Source: Desulfobacteraceae bacterium UBA5852 (GTDB taxonomy: Bacteria > Desulfobacterota > Desulfobacteria > Desulfobacterales > UBA5852). Taken from it: DNA of 64,000 nt. The notes beneath the pieces were generated by a model that saw only the letters and a program-made list of their open reading frames with translations, was not told where the DNA came from and did no database searches. This document shows, piece by piece, positions 1 to 9,600 of this stretch. Numbering within the stretch: position 1 is the first letter of the stretch; every line of letters starts with the position of its first letter. The stretch lies in the NCBI GenBank assembly GCA_002432195.1, contig DJGG01000132.1:34407-98406 (forward strand), given 5' to 3'. The translations under genes were made by a program, and so were the position numbers.

Positions 1-198
1 TGGTTCCTAAAATCGTATACTTTTGTCCAAGTTACACACTATTAAATGCAAAAGGTGCGCAATATTGTTTTCGCAACGAGCATTTGTGATGTTTTTTCTG
101 TGTGTTAAGTAGCATTCGGAGTTACGCAAACCCCAAAATGCGGCACTCTAGATTTAAATCTATCGACCCCTCTTTTACGACACTGCACGTAATGTGGT

Positions 199-681
199 AT
201 GGGGGATTTCATGGGTGAGTCTATCATCACATTCATAGGCGGCGTGTTCACTGGGCTACTCGCTTCCTTTTTTGCCCACCGTTTCAGCACGGAACGAGAT
301 AAGCGTAAAGAGCACAATGATGCAGTCGCAAAATTCCACGCCGCTTTCTTGCCAGAGGTGAGAAAAATTCAGCATTTGATTGATTACGACCCTCAGTGTG
401 AAAAGCATGTAATAAACATCTTAAAAGAAGCATACGACAAGCACCATGAAGCAAGTATACAGTTCGAGATAAATCTAAGCCCATCTGAAAGATACGCCTT
501 CAACAAGGCTTGGGACGAATATACACAAAAAGAAGTCGGGCAAAGATGGATGACTAAAAATATTGGCGACAGTGTTCTTATAGCATACTCCAGCGAATAC
601 AACTGCACAGAAGAAAAAGAAAACCGCCGCATAGTCATTCATCGGATTCAAAACCTACTTTCCTTTGCTCGGCGCAAATAG
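199..681 (+). CDS. Hypothetical single-pass membrane protein (AT-rich cargo)
   Basis: 160-aa ORF with an N-terminal hydrophobic helix IITFIGGVFTGLLASFFA followed by a K/E/H-rich helical part. AT-rich codon usage is unlike the phage backbone. ATG 211 with GGGGGA upstream is an alternative start. No motif recognised. Confidence 0.5.
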   Translation: MGDFMGESIITFIGGVFTGLLASFFAHRFSTERDKRKEHNDAVAKFHAAFLPEVRKIQHLIDYDPQCEKHVINILKEAYDKHHEASIQFEINLSPSERYAFNKAWDEYTQKEVGQRWMTKNIGDSVLIAYSSEYNCTEEKENRRIVIHRIQNLLSFARRK

Positions 682-918
682 AAAGGCGGGTTGCTCCGCC
701 TCTCGCTACTTCCTGCCAGCGATCATTCAATTTCCATTATTTTTCGTCCAATGAGATGGGGTGCAGTGCGGCACGATTCCGTTTCCAAGACATTTAGTCT
801 GTCCATCCCACGAATACTCCCACGTTAAGAGTCGTCATCCCACCTAAAGGCACTCATTGGCTTTAAATTGGGCGAGAAACGTTCGAAGATAATAATTAAA
901 AAGATCTTGAATATCTGC

Positions 919-947
919 TTGAAACCTATGCTGTCATATAATATTAT
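919..947 (+). promoter_or_regulatory. Candidate sigma70-type promoter for the 227-aa gene
   Basis: TTGAAA (919-924), 17-nt spacer, TATTAT (942-947), about 70 nt upstream of ATG 1019. Confidence 0.35.
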
Positions 948-1018
948 AAGGAAGCTATCTAGTCCAAGACGATTCTGATTACCAGAGAGGGCGCCAGAGC
1001 TATAGGAGCACAGATATA

Positions 1019-1702
1019 ATGGAAAATAGTGTTGCTATTTCATTGGTTTCGGTGGCTGTTGGGTGGTTCCTGGCACAAGGAACTGATATTTTAAAGATTT
1101 TTTGGAATTCTCGTAAATACCGCAAAGGATTGCTTCTTGAGCTCCAAGATATTCATGACCAACTTAGGCGCGTAATCATGATTCACAGTCGCCAAATTCA
1201 AATTTTCTCCATAGATGGGTTGGAACCGACAGCAGCACTTCCCGTAGAAAACATGTTTTATAGACAGCACTTTAAAGATGCGTTTTCAAATCTCAATGCA
1301 CATCAACGTATATCTTACCAGCTTATTCATGCATCTTTAGAGAACTTAAATAAGCAGAACGAGGAACTGGCTAATTTTAGTAGAGAAGCATACAAGGAAT
1401 TATGCTTTTCGACCGACGAAAACAAAAAGAATTCAATCATAAAGCTATGGGGTGATCGTGTAATAACTTTGTACAAATCTGCTCGTGAAATTCAATGGCT
1501 TATAGGCTTTCATCTTTGCAATTCTAATTCTCCCGTTTATGATATTATGGGAGAAATGCATAAAAGTTATCTGAAGTTTGATGATAAACTTAACGATGAA
1601 ATCAGGAACATTTCCCAATCAGCAAAGGGCCTTAAAAAAGAGGACTTTAAAAGAATATACGACGAATATGCCTTCGATCACCAATCAGGGAATAACGATT
1701 AG
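1019..1702 (+). CDS. Hypothetical N-terminally anchored membrane protein (AT-rich cargo)
   Basis: 227-aa ORF with an N-terminal helix VAISLVSVAVGWFLAQG followed by a long helical soluble part. AT-rich. No motif recognised. Confidence 0.55.
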   Translation: MENSVAISLVSVAVGWFLAQGTDILKIFWNSRKYRKGLLLELQDIHDQLRRVIMIHSRQIQIFSIDGLEPTAALPVENMFYRQHFKDAFSNLNAHQRISYQLIHASLENLNKQNEELANFSREAYKELCFSTDENKKNSIIKLWGDRVITLYKSAREIQWLIGFHLCNSNSPVYDIMGEMHKSYLKFDDKLNDEIRNISQSAKGLKKEDFKRIYDEYAFDHQSGNND

Positions 1703-1727
1703 ATCATAAACTATAATAAGGGTATTA

Positions 1728-1850
1728 GTGGGCAAGGCCTTTAAAAACTATTTTGGGATCCTGTCCTGACGCATCCTTGGTCAGCACTTATCGCCATTCA
1801 CTCTCAAGGAGCGCTCATGACGTTCACAAATGCGGTCGCCTTCAAATGCA
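1728..1850 (+). repeat. Diverged copy A of the IHF/HU gene leader, RBS and first codons
   Basis: Ungapped hand alignment of 1761-1830 with 46684-46753 gives about 73 percent identity (51 of 70). Shared blocks are TYAAAAACT, ATCCTGTYCTGACGCAWCCTTG, CTCAAGGA and CATG..TTCAC. Here the ATG (1817) opens only a 13-codon stub, MTFTNAVAFKCTW. Confidence 0.6.
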
Positions 1851-1960
1851 CCTGGTAGCTGCGGAAGGCCGTGAACGGTAGGGCAGGAACCCCAGGATAC
1901 TTCAGACACTGGACAACCGTCTCCTCTTTTTCAACCTCGGCCACAACCAGGACTTCGGAT

Positions 1961-2224
1961 TCACTTGCCAAGAATAGCCGCCTCCCCTCCCCCTCGGGCC
2001 AGAAGGCTCTGCCGGGTGATCATCCGCAGGCCCATGTTCGCCACCCCCAGGATGGTGGTCGCCACGGCCACCTGAACCTCCGCGGGGACCCGGATGCCCC
2101 AACGGGATTCGACATAGCCGGCACCCAGGCTCACCAGCCAGGGCAGAATCACCATGCCGGCGGCGTTGCCCTTCATGGTGCGGCTGGCCGCGGCCCCTTC
2201 AAGATACGGTCGCAAGTTCTGCAT
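1961..2224 (-). CDS. Small two-helix membrane protein, holin candidate
   Basis: Internal start ATG 2224 of the 1961..2362 ORF, with AAGGA about 7 nt upstream. 87 aa with two hydrophobic segments (AAGMVILPWLVSLGAGYV, VQVAVATTILGVANMGL). Last gene of the lysis cluster. The upstream part of the listed ORF is R/G-rich shadow. Confidence 0.45.
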   Translation of the reverse strand: MQNLRPYLEGAAASRTMKGNAAGMVILPWLVSLGAGYVESRWGIRVPAEVQVAVATTILGVANMGLRMITRQSLLARGGGEAAILGK

Positions 2225-2657
2225 TCGTTTTTCCTTTCCATGATGCCCAGCCGAACAGCCGCACCCCCAGGTAGGCCGCCCGCCGGCGCGTCTTTGAGTA
2301 ACCCGCCTCGCGCATGAGGCGGGCGAACATCTTGTCGGCCTGCCCCCGGGTCCACCGCCCACGCGCGTCTACCCACTCGCCGTTTACGAGCACCTGGTGG
2401 ACCCCGGCCGGCAGCCGCCCTCCGTGGCGGTAAATGAAGTCGTGGACCAGGGCGGCCGCCCGAATGAGGCCGTCCGGAATTATCCCGGTCAGGGTCCAGA
2501 TGATACGCGGGGCGCTGGCCCCGTCGAACTCGAAGCCCGCGGGGATGGTGAGCCGGTTGCGGATGCCGGCGTTGTCCCATTCGTAGGAGTAGGTCTCCAC
2601 CAGGCGGTAGAGGTCCTCGGCAATCGGGACGATGAGGGGCTGGGCAAACTCCTTCAC
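2199..2657 (-). CDS. DUF1353-type phage protein
   Basis: GTG 2657 overlaps the lysozyme stop (GTGA). 152 aa with FEFDGASAPRIIW ... AALVHDFIYRHGG, the DGAS.P / HD..Y pattern of DUF1353. The N-terminal 125 codons of the listed 277-aa ORF are an out-of-frame shadow of the lysozyme gene. Confidence 0.75.
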   Translation of the reverse strand: MKEFAQPLIVPIAEDLYRLVETYSYEWDNAGIRNRLTIPAGFEFDGASAPRIIWTLTGIIPDGLIRAAALVHDFIYRHGGRLPAGVHQVLVNGEWVDARGRWTRGQADKMFARLMREAGYSKTRRRAAYLGVRLFGWASWKGKTNAELATVS

Positions 2658-3091
2658 CCGGGCACCTCCCCTGTTCGCAGGATGCTGGCCAGCCTTCGGG
2701 CCCGCTCGGGGGTGTCCTTGCGGGCCCACTTGGAATCGAGCATGTGCCCCGCGGCCACCGTCCATTCCTCGGGCCTCAGCGGTCGGAGGGTGGAAATCCG
2801 GAGCACCTGGTTGAGGTTCCTGAAGCCGATGAAGCCGTCCAGGCCAAGCTGGTAGATCATGCTGACGACCACCGCCCGGCGAACCGGATCCAAGTCGAGC
2901 CGCAGGGACTCGTAGCCCCGGACGGCCTCCCCCATGTCGAAGCGGAAGATTGCCTCCCAGATCTCGGCCGGCAGCCGGGATCCCACATGAAAGGCGTGCC
3001 CCCAGCCCCCCGTGGGCACTCCGGCGGTGCAAAGGTAAACCCGCTCACGGTAACCCTCATCGCTGCGAATCAGCTTCTCGGCCAGATCCAC
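2654..3091 (-). CDS. Endolysin, T4-type lysozyme (GH24)
   Basis: 145 aa. SDEGYRERVYLCTAGVPTGGWGH aligns by eye with T4 lysozyme [23 protein letters not shown]. The catalytic Glu and Thr are kept; the Asp20-equivalent is Cys. Confidence 0.85.
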   Translation of the reverse strand: MDLAEKLIRSDEGYRERVYLCTAGVPTGGWGHAFHVGSRLPAEIWEAIFRFDMGEAVRGYESLRLDLDPVRRAVVVSMIYQLGLDGFIGFRNLNQVLRISTLRPLRPEEWTVAAGHMLDSKWARKDTPERARRLASILRTGEVPG

Positions 3092-3094
3092 GGG

Positions 3095-3649
3095 TCAGGC
3101 CTCCGCTTTCAGCTGACCGCGCATTTCGGAAACCTCCCGGGCCAGGGCCCCCACCGCGCCCATGATTTCCCCGCGGGAGACCTCGCGGCGCTCGTCGAAC
3201 TTGAGCAGCATCCCCTTCAGCTCCTCGACGCTTTCCTTAAGGCCGGCGCGGCACTCAAGCCGGTAGGTTCGGCAATCCCCTCCGTTCACGAACCGGGGCA
3301 TGTCGTCCTGGGTGTATACCGCCCGATAAAGGCGCAGGGTCTGCTCCTCGATCCTGGCTTCCAGCCGGGTGAAGTTGCCGTTCATGTAGGTTTTCAACTC
3401 GGACTTCAGGTCGGCCAGGCGCTTCTCGGCGGCCTCGGTGGCGTCTTTCGCGTCTTGGTCCCGGGCCTCCTGGTCGGCCTTGCGCGAATTCTCCAGACTG
3501 CCCACGCGCCTTTTCAGCCCTCTCAGCGAAAGCCTCATGGCCGTCCATGCGGCCACCCCGCCCGCGATGGTGCCCAGCACCGTCCCCAAGCCCACGACCA
3601 GGGCCAAGGCGTCCTTTGCGCTCGAAATCGAGAGGGTCACAGGTTCCAT
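3095..3649 (-). CDS. Membrane-anchored coiled-coil protein (lysis-associated candidate)
   Basis: 184 aa with an N-terminal helix ALALVVGLGTVLGTIAGGVAAW followed by a charged coiled-coil. Lies directly upstream of the endolysin. Confidence 0.6.
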   Translation of the reverse strand: MEPVTLSISSAKDALALVVGLGTVLGTIAGGVAAWTAMRLSLRGLKRRVGSLENSRKADQEARDQDAKDATEAAEKRLADLKSELKTYMNGNFTRLEARIEEQTLRLYRAVYTQDDMPRFVNGGDCRTYRLECRAGLKESVEELKGMLLKFDERREVSRGEIMGAVGALAREVSEMRGQLKAEA

Positions 3650-3668
3650 TCAGCGCGCTCTCTCGCGG

Positions 3669-6600
3669 TCAGTTCGGTGGATTGCTGCCGTAGGCCATCC
3701 GATACCACTCCATGGCCCGGGCCACCGTGGCGGCGTCACCCGGGGAGAGCGACTGCCGGAAGCGGTGCCGCAGCCGCTCGGGGACCCCTGCCAGGGGGTG
3801 GGCCTTCTGGATGCTCTCCTTGATCTGCTTTGGCCGCCCCCCCAGCTGATAGTATTTCTGGAGGTACTTCTCGGCGGCCCGCATGTCGCCGTAGCGCAGG
3901 GCCTTCTTGTAGAAATAGAGGGCATTGCCCTTCTTGGTGGGCTTCGCGTCGGGCCGCTCCAGGCCCTGCTCCCGCAGGTAGTCGAACACGAGCTTGCGGG
4001 TGGTAAAGTAGGCCATTTCCCCGGGGTCGCTTTCGAAGATCAACAGGGACTTGAGGTCCCCCCACAGGTGGGCGGCCACCCCGTCGCTGCGGCGCGGCTG
4101 GCCGGTCACCTCGTCGTAGATCCTCTCCAGCTTAAAGGTCTGCAGTATGTGCCGGACCGTGTCCCGGATGGGGGTCGGCCGCCAGACATCGGGGAAGTAG
4201 CGCTGCCCGGCCACCGCCTCGGCCGCGGTCTTGAGGTCCGGCCGGATCCCCTGAAACATCCGGTTGGTGAGGGCCTTGGGGGCCTCGATGAGCTTTTCCA
4301 GGATGGTGGACTTCCCCTTCATCACGTCCTTGACGTCCTGGGGGAAGTCCTCCAGACCAAAAAAGGAAAGAGCGTCGGAGAGGGCTCCCTGGAAGCGGAT
4401 CGACCGGATGGTGCCGTCCTCGTTGCGCCCCAGGATCAGGTGCAGCTGGTCCCGGCCGCCGGCCGCCAGCTCCTCCTCCTCGTCCCCGAAGAAGAGCATG
4501 TTCCAGAGCATGACCGCCCCGTAGAGCATGCCAGCGCGCAGGGCGAGCTTCGCGGCCGAAAAGGCGGCCTTCTTGCCGGCCACTCCGGCCGTGCGCAGGG
4601 CCACGGCCCCCGGCTCGCGGTCCTCGTACCGGGTGTTGCACATCATGTAGGCGTAACGCGGGGCGTTGATTTCCAGCCAGGCGTAGAACGGGATCAGGCG
4701 CTTGCGCAGCCAGCCACCCGTCTTGGAGATGTTCCCGTAGTCCCCCAGCAACTCCCGGGCGAGCTTCGCGGCCTTTTCGTCCCGGTCCTCGATGGCGTCC
4801 ACCTCCTCCCGCCGGCTCGCCCCGTATAGGCGCTTGTCGTTGTTGTCGCGGAAGTAGCGGAAGGCGGCCAGGCGCAGCACGTTCTCCCGCAGGGTCGTCA
4901 CCCCCCGGGCCATGCGCCAATAGCCGTCGCCGTATGTCTTGGGGTTGAACCAGTTGGGGCGCTCGTCTAGCAGGATGTCGCCGATCAGCCGGTCGGTCTT
5001 CAGGATCTTGAAGACGTCCTGGACCTCCTGCACCGCCCAGCCGGACCCGATCACCCCCAGGCGAAGGGCAAGCTCCAGCTCCTCGGCCACGGCCGGGGGA
5101 AGCTTCGCCCGGTCCCTCCCCTGCCACTGCCGCAGATCCTTGAAGGCCCGGCCGGCGTATTTCAGGATGGCAGGGTTGTAGGCCAGGCAGACGTCCACGT
5201 CGCCGCTGGTGTTGTTGAGGTTGTACTTGATGAGGCTGTAGGGGTTGAGCAGGATGTACTGCTTCCAGGCACTCATGGCCCAATCGCCAAACCGGCCGAT
5301 GCCCACCTCGCTCTTGTCGCTGGGAGGATAGAACTCGTCCAGGGTGGCGGCCAGGCCCTCGGGGATCACCCAGATGGTGTCGCGGCCCCGGGCAAGCAGC
5401 CGGCGGGTCTCGGCCTCGTTGGGGTCCACGAAGCCGGCGGCGATCTGCTGGAGCACCTTGTCGGTGATGGTGGACGTCCAGAACCACCCCTTCCCGGGAT
5501 CCGGCTTCCACTCGACGTAGCCCTCGCGCTCGGCCAGGACCTTCTGCCAGGTCAGGAACTCGTCCCCCAGGGTGCTCTCGATGAACTGGTTGCGCTCGCG
5601 GATTGCCTTGAAAATGGTGGCCGCCCAGTTGGCCCCGGGCTTCTGCTTGTCGATGAGGTAGCTCAGGAACTGGAACCACCGGGGGTGGTCCATGTCGGGG
5701 TCCTGGGCGAGCTCGTCAACCAGATCGTCCCACTCGCTGTCGAAGTCCAGCTCCCCACGCTCAGCCATTTTGGCCAGCTTGGCCCTGGCCATGGCAATCT
5801 TTTGCTTCCAGGGGAGCAGGATGTCGATTTCCTCCCCCTCCCGCTCGTGCCCGGGCGGGTAGTGCTCCACCCAGCCCTCGCGGCGGGCCTTGGCCCACAG
5901 GTTGGCCAGGTTGCGCTGCTTCGCCTCCCCCACCAGCGCCTTGAAGATGTCGCTTTCGGCCTTCACATGGCGCAGGGTTTCCACGGTCTCCAGCTGGGCG
6001 ATCTGGCTGGCCAGGGCCATGAATTCCGCTTCGACATACTCGGTGTTGTAGTCCATCTGGCTGCCGGTGCGGGCGGCCTTCCAGGGGCGCCACTTGGTGC
6101 GGACGTCCTTGCTGCCCACCTGGATGCCCCGGTCCATGGCCCAGTATTGAATCACCTGGTGGTGGTAGTAGTCGCCATTTCCCAGGTTCTCCCGCTTAAT
6201 CTGCTTGGCCTCCACCAGGCGGCGGGTCATGTCGCGGATGGATTCCTGACGGGCCTCCAGGGCCCGGACCACCTTGGGGTGGTCGCCGGCCAGGTCCTTC
6301 AGCCGCTGGAAGGTGTCACGCAGCTCCTGGTGGTTCGCGTAGCCGAACGGCAGGGGCCTCTCGGCGCCGTCCTCCGCGGAGTAAAGCCCGCTTTCCAGGT
6401 CGCGCAGCAGGTCGGCGGTGATCACGCTCACCCGGAAAAGCTCGTACTCGCTTTGGGAGAGGCCCCGGGTCCAGGAGGAAATCATCTCCAGGGCCTGCTG
6501 CTTGGCGATCGATGGGACTTCCTGGTGCCTGCGAAGGATGTCGTTGAGCCGGGCCCGCTCAACCCGGTTTTTAACGGTCTGAAGATGCGGGAAGTGGTGG

Positions 6601-9600
6601 GCCTGGTGGACCAGCACCCGGCCCCAGTCCCTCAGATTGTCCAGCAGAGCCGCCTTCGGGATTCCGCGGGCGGCGGCCTCGCGCTGGACGACTTCGGGCG
6701 GCAGGGCCCCCTTCCAATCGGGGCCGGCCTCGGCCTGGGCAGCGACCCGCCCCCGGGCGGAAAAGGCCGGCGCCGCCCCCCACCCGCTGGCCACTGCGCC
6801 CGAGCCCTCGATCACGGCCTTGCGAGCGTCCAGCAGAGCCTGGCGGATGCGGGCGTCGTCCTCGTTGATGGAGAAGCCCAGGCGGCGCATCATACGAGCC
6901 ACGGCAGCCGCGGCGCGCTTGAGCCACAGCTTGTAGCCCTCCAGCTCCTGGGCCTGGCGGGCGAACCACTCGTCGGCGGCCAGGCGCTGGCCCTTCGGGG
7001 TGGCGGTGTCGAAGCCGTAGTCCTTTCCGATCCGGCCAACCGCTTCCCTATTCCCCCGGTAGATGGCATCCAGCAGGGATATGATCTCAGGGGCCGGCAG
7101 GGCGATCCGCAGGCCGTGGTGGCCAAAAGCCTCGTGGAGGACGGCCGTTGCCAGATGGGCCGGGTTTTCGACGTTCTCGGCCACGACGTAGACCTTCCCC
7201 CGCCAGTACGCCGCGTCCACGATGTCGCCCTTCGACTTGGCCAGTATCCCCTCGGGAAGCTCGCTCTGCTGGGCCACTACCACCAGCCCGGGGGCGGCCC
7301 TCCAGCCGTCCATGACCTTGCGGGCGGCGCTCTCAGCCTCGGCCTTGTTCAGCCGGGCGAAGCGTTTCGCCTTGGGGCGGCGACCCAGGAGGAAGAGAGG
7401 GCGCTCGTCGTTGGCCCGCTGCGCGGCGATGTCCACATGGGCGATCTTATCGTCAAACCTGTCCAGGCCCGTCGTGGACGCGGCCGACACGCCGCGCTCG
7501 TAAACATCGAGCATTCTGGCGGTGTACTGCATCATCGACCGGATGCTTCGAACCGCGTCGAGCTCGGGGGTCCCCGCCTTGATTTCCGACCGGCTGGAGT
7601 AGACCATGCCGCTCGCGTTGGTCGCCTCCAGGCCGGCGACCACCTCGGCCGCAAATTCACGAATAGGCATGCCCTTGGCCTTCGGCACCACGCCGACGGG
7701 CCGGTTCAAGTTGTCCAACAGGATGAACCCCTCGGGGTCCCCGGCCGCTCGGATCCATGCGCCCATTTCATCCGGGCCAGTAATTCCTGGACCCCTGTCG
7801 GCGGTGGATTTAAGCACCCGGCGCACAATCGGGACCCTCGCCCTGCGCACGGTGGGCCTAATCGATCGCGAGTTCGAAGTCACGATGCCGTCTGAGAAAG
7901 ACTCGTAATTGGTCCCGGCGATCACGAACGTTTCGAAGTCTATGCCCCGTAAGGCAAGAATGGCGCGGACGTGATTCGCCATGGCAATATCGTGGCTTGA
8001 CGGGCCCGTCGTACCCCCCGGGTGGTTGTGGGCGATGTATGCCTTGGCCGCCCCGGGGATATTCAGCACCCGCCCGGTAAGCTCGGCCAGGTTGAACTGC
8101 GAGCTTCCGTGAGTCCCGACGGTGTACCGCTGGACCTCCAGAACGAGGCCCTGTGAATCCACCACCACCACCATCATGTGTTCCTGGGCCTCTTTGCGGA
8201 TGTGGGCCAAAAGAGACGCCGCGTCGTCTACGGAAAAAATCACGTTACCGGCGGCGGCAATGTCTCCGCTGGTGGCCATCCGCACCAAGGGCGTCGGGCG
8301 CTTGAATGTGGGTGCCTTAGGCTCCCCATCCTTGGCCTTTCCCGAGAAGTCGAGAGACGCCTGCACCATGGGGCGCATGCCGATGGACTTCGGCTCGGCC
8401 AGGTAGGTTGCCTCGGGCTCGCGGAGGGTGGTGTCGGCGGCATGGCTGGAAAGGACCTTGAAATCGGCCTGGCTCACCTTGAAGACCTCACCCAGGGCGA
8501 TGATCCGCTCCACCACCCGGCGGGTGTTTTTCGCGGGGAAAGCCGCGCTCATGTAGTTGGCGCTGCTCTGGAACTCGCCCCCCTCGGCCAGGGCCAGCAG
8601 GTCCTGGTCCTGGTAGAACCGTGCCCCCAGGCTCTTGCTCTTGGGGACGGTCACCAGCAAATCGTCGGCGTCCCGCATCACCTCCACCGACCCGGAGGAA
8701 ATACGCATGCCCAGGAGGGCGGCCCTGACCGCCATTTCGGGGTCAAGGGCCACCCGGGTGTCCACCTTGTCGGCCTTGAAGTTGCGGGGCGCGAGGACGC
8801 CCATGTCCCAGCTCCCGTCCTCCCGGGTGAAGCGCACCAGGCGGGCCTGGCTGCGAACGTGGGAATAAGCGTCCAGGAGGTTGCCAGTCAGGATGTGGCG
8901 GCGCTCGGTGGCATGGAGAGCCGCGGCGCTGTCCCAGCTGCGAAGCACGGCTTCGCTGGTATCCAGCACGAAGAGATTGGCCGCGTCGATCTTGGAAATG
9001 GGCAGGGAAAGGGTGCGCATGGGGCTGTTGACGGCGAAGACCAGCCGGACTCGGCCCGGGGCCACCGGGGAGCCCGCGGCCTTGGCCAAGCGCACCTTGA
9101 CCAGCACCGCGTGCATGTCGGGCGCGCCCTCAACCCCGCTCACGATGTAGGGCTTCCCCAGGAAGCGGCGGGAGAGCATCCGCTCGATCTTCTGGAACTG
9201 CTCGTCGGTGCGGCCGCGCAGCCGGGCAATCTGAGAGGCGGCCGGCGAAACCCCGTCCTCCCCCGGCTCCTGGCTGAACTCGGAATTTATCCTGGCGATC
9301 TCGGTCCCCAGGTACTCGGCCAGCTCCTTGCGAAGCCTGTCAATCAGGCCGCGGCTGTATTCCTGGGGGCTCTTGCCGGCCAGCTCCTCGTCCACCATTT
9401 CCTGGATGCGGGCGATTTTATAGGGCTTGGTGGGGCTCACCACCTCCACCTGTTCCAGGGTGGTCGGAAGGGTGAAGACGTTGTTCGGGCCCCGCGCGCG
9501 GCCGGCGTTCAGGGTGGTGCGGCTGAGGGTCTTCGCCTTGAAGTCGTACTCCCCAACCTCGAGGTCGAAGGTGCCGATCTCCTTCATCCACTCGATGGTG

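Noticed and set aside
1871-2580. Plus- and minus-strand ORFs of 133-148 aa overlapping the holin-like and DUF1353 genes (1871-2317 +, 2173-2580 -, 2397-2855 +).
   Set aside because: These are R/P/G-rich translations, off frame or antisense to genes with motifs or membrane helices and proper ribosome-binding sites.
2658-3032. N-terminal 125 codons of the listed 277-aa ORF (2199-3032).
   Set aside because: It is out of frame with, and fully overlaps, the lysozyme gene. The sequence is G/R/P-rich. The DUF1353 homology begins at GTG 2657.
4132-5679. 515-aa same-strand alternative-frame ORF inside the giant gene, and similar ones at 12802-13395, 14804-15292 and 15440-16147.
   Set aside because: Unlike the 12272-12703 nested ORF, these translate to R/G/P-rich junk. 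The host frame keeps the G/C-ending codon bias and meaningful sequence over the same bases.
5685-7895. Long antisense or off-frame ORFs across the GC-rich backbone. Examples: 5685-7895 +, 8178-9944 +, 11193-12275 +, 16263-18035 +, 25146-26366 +, 27590-29377 +, 34357-36036 +, 36064-37512 +, 52276-53415 -, 55664-57019 -.
   Set aside because: Their translations are monotonous R/G/P/H/L/V-rich strings typical of non-coding frames in high-GC DNA. Each lies opposite or out of frame to a gene with normal composition, motifs and G/C-ending codons.
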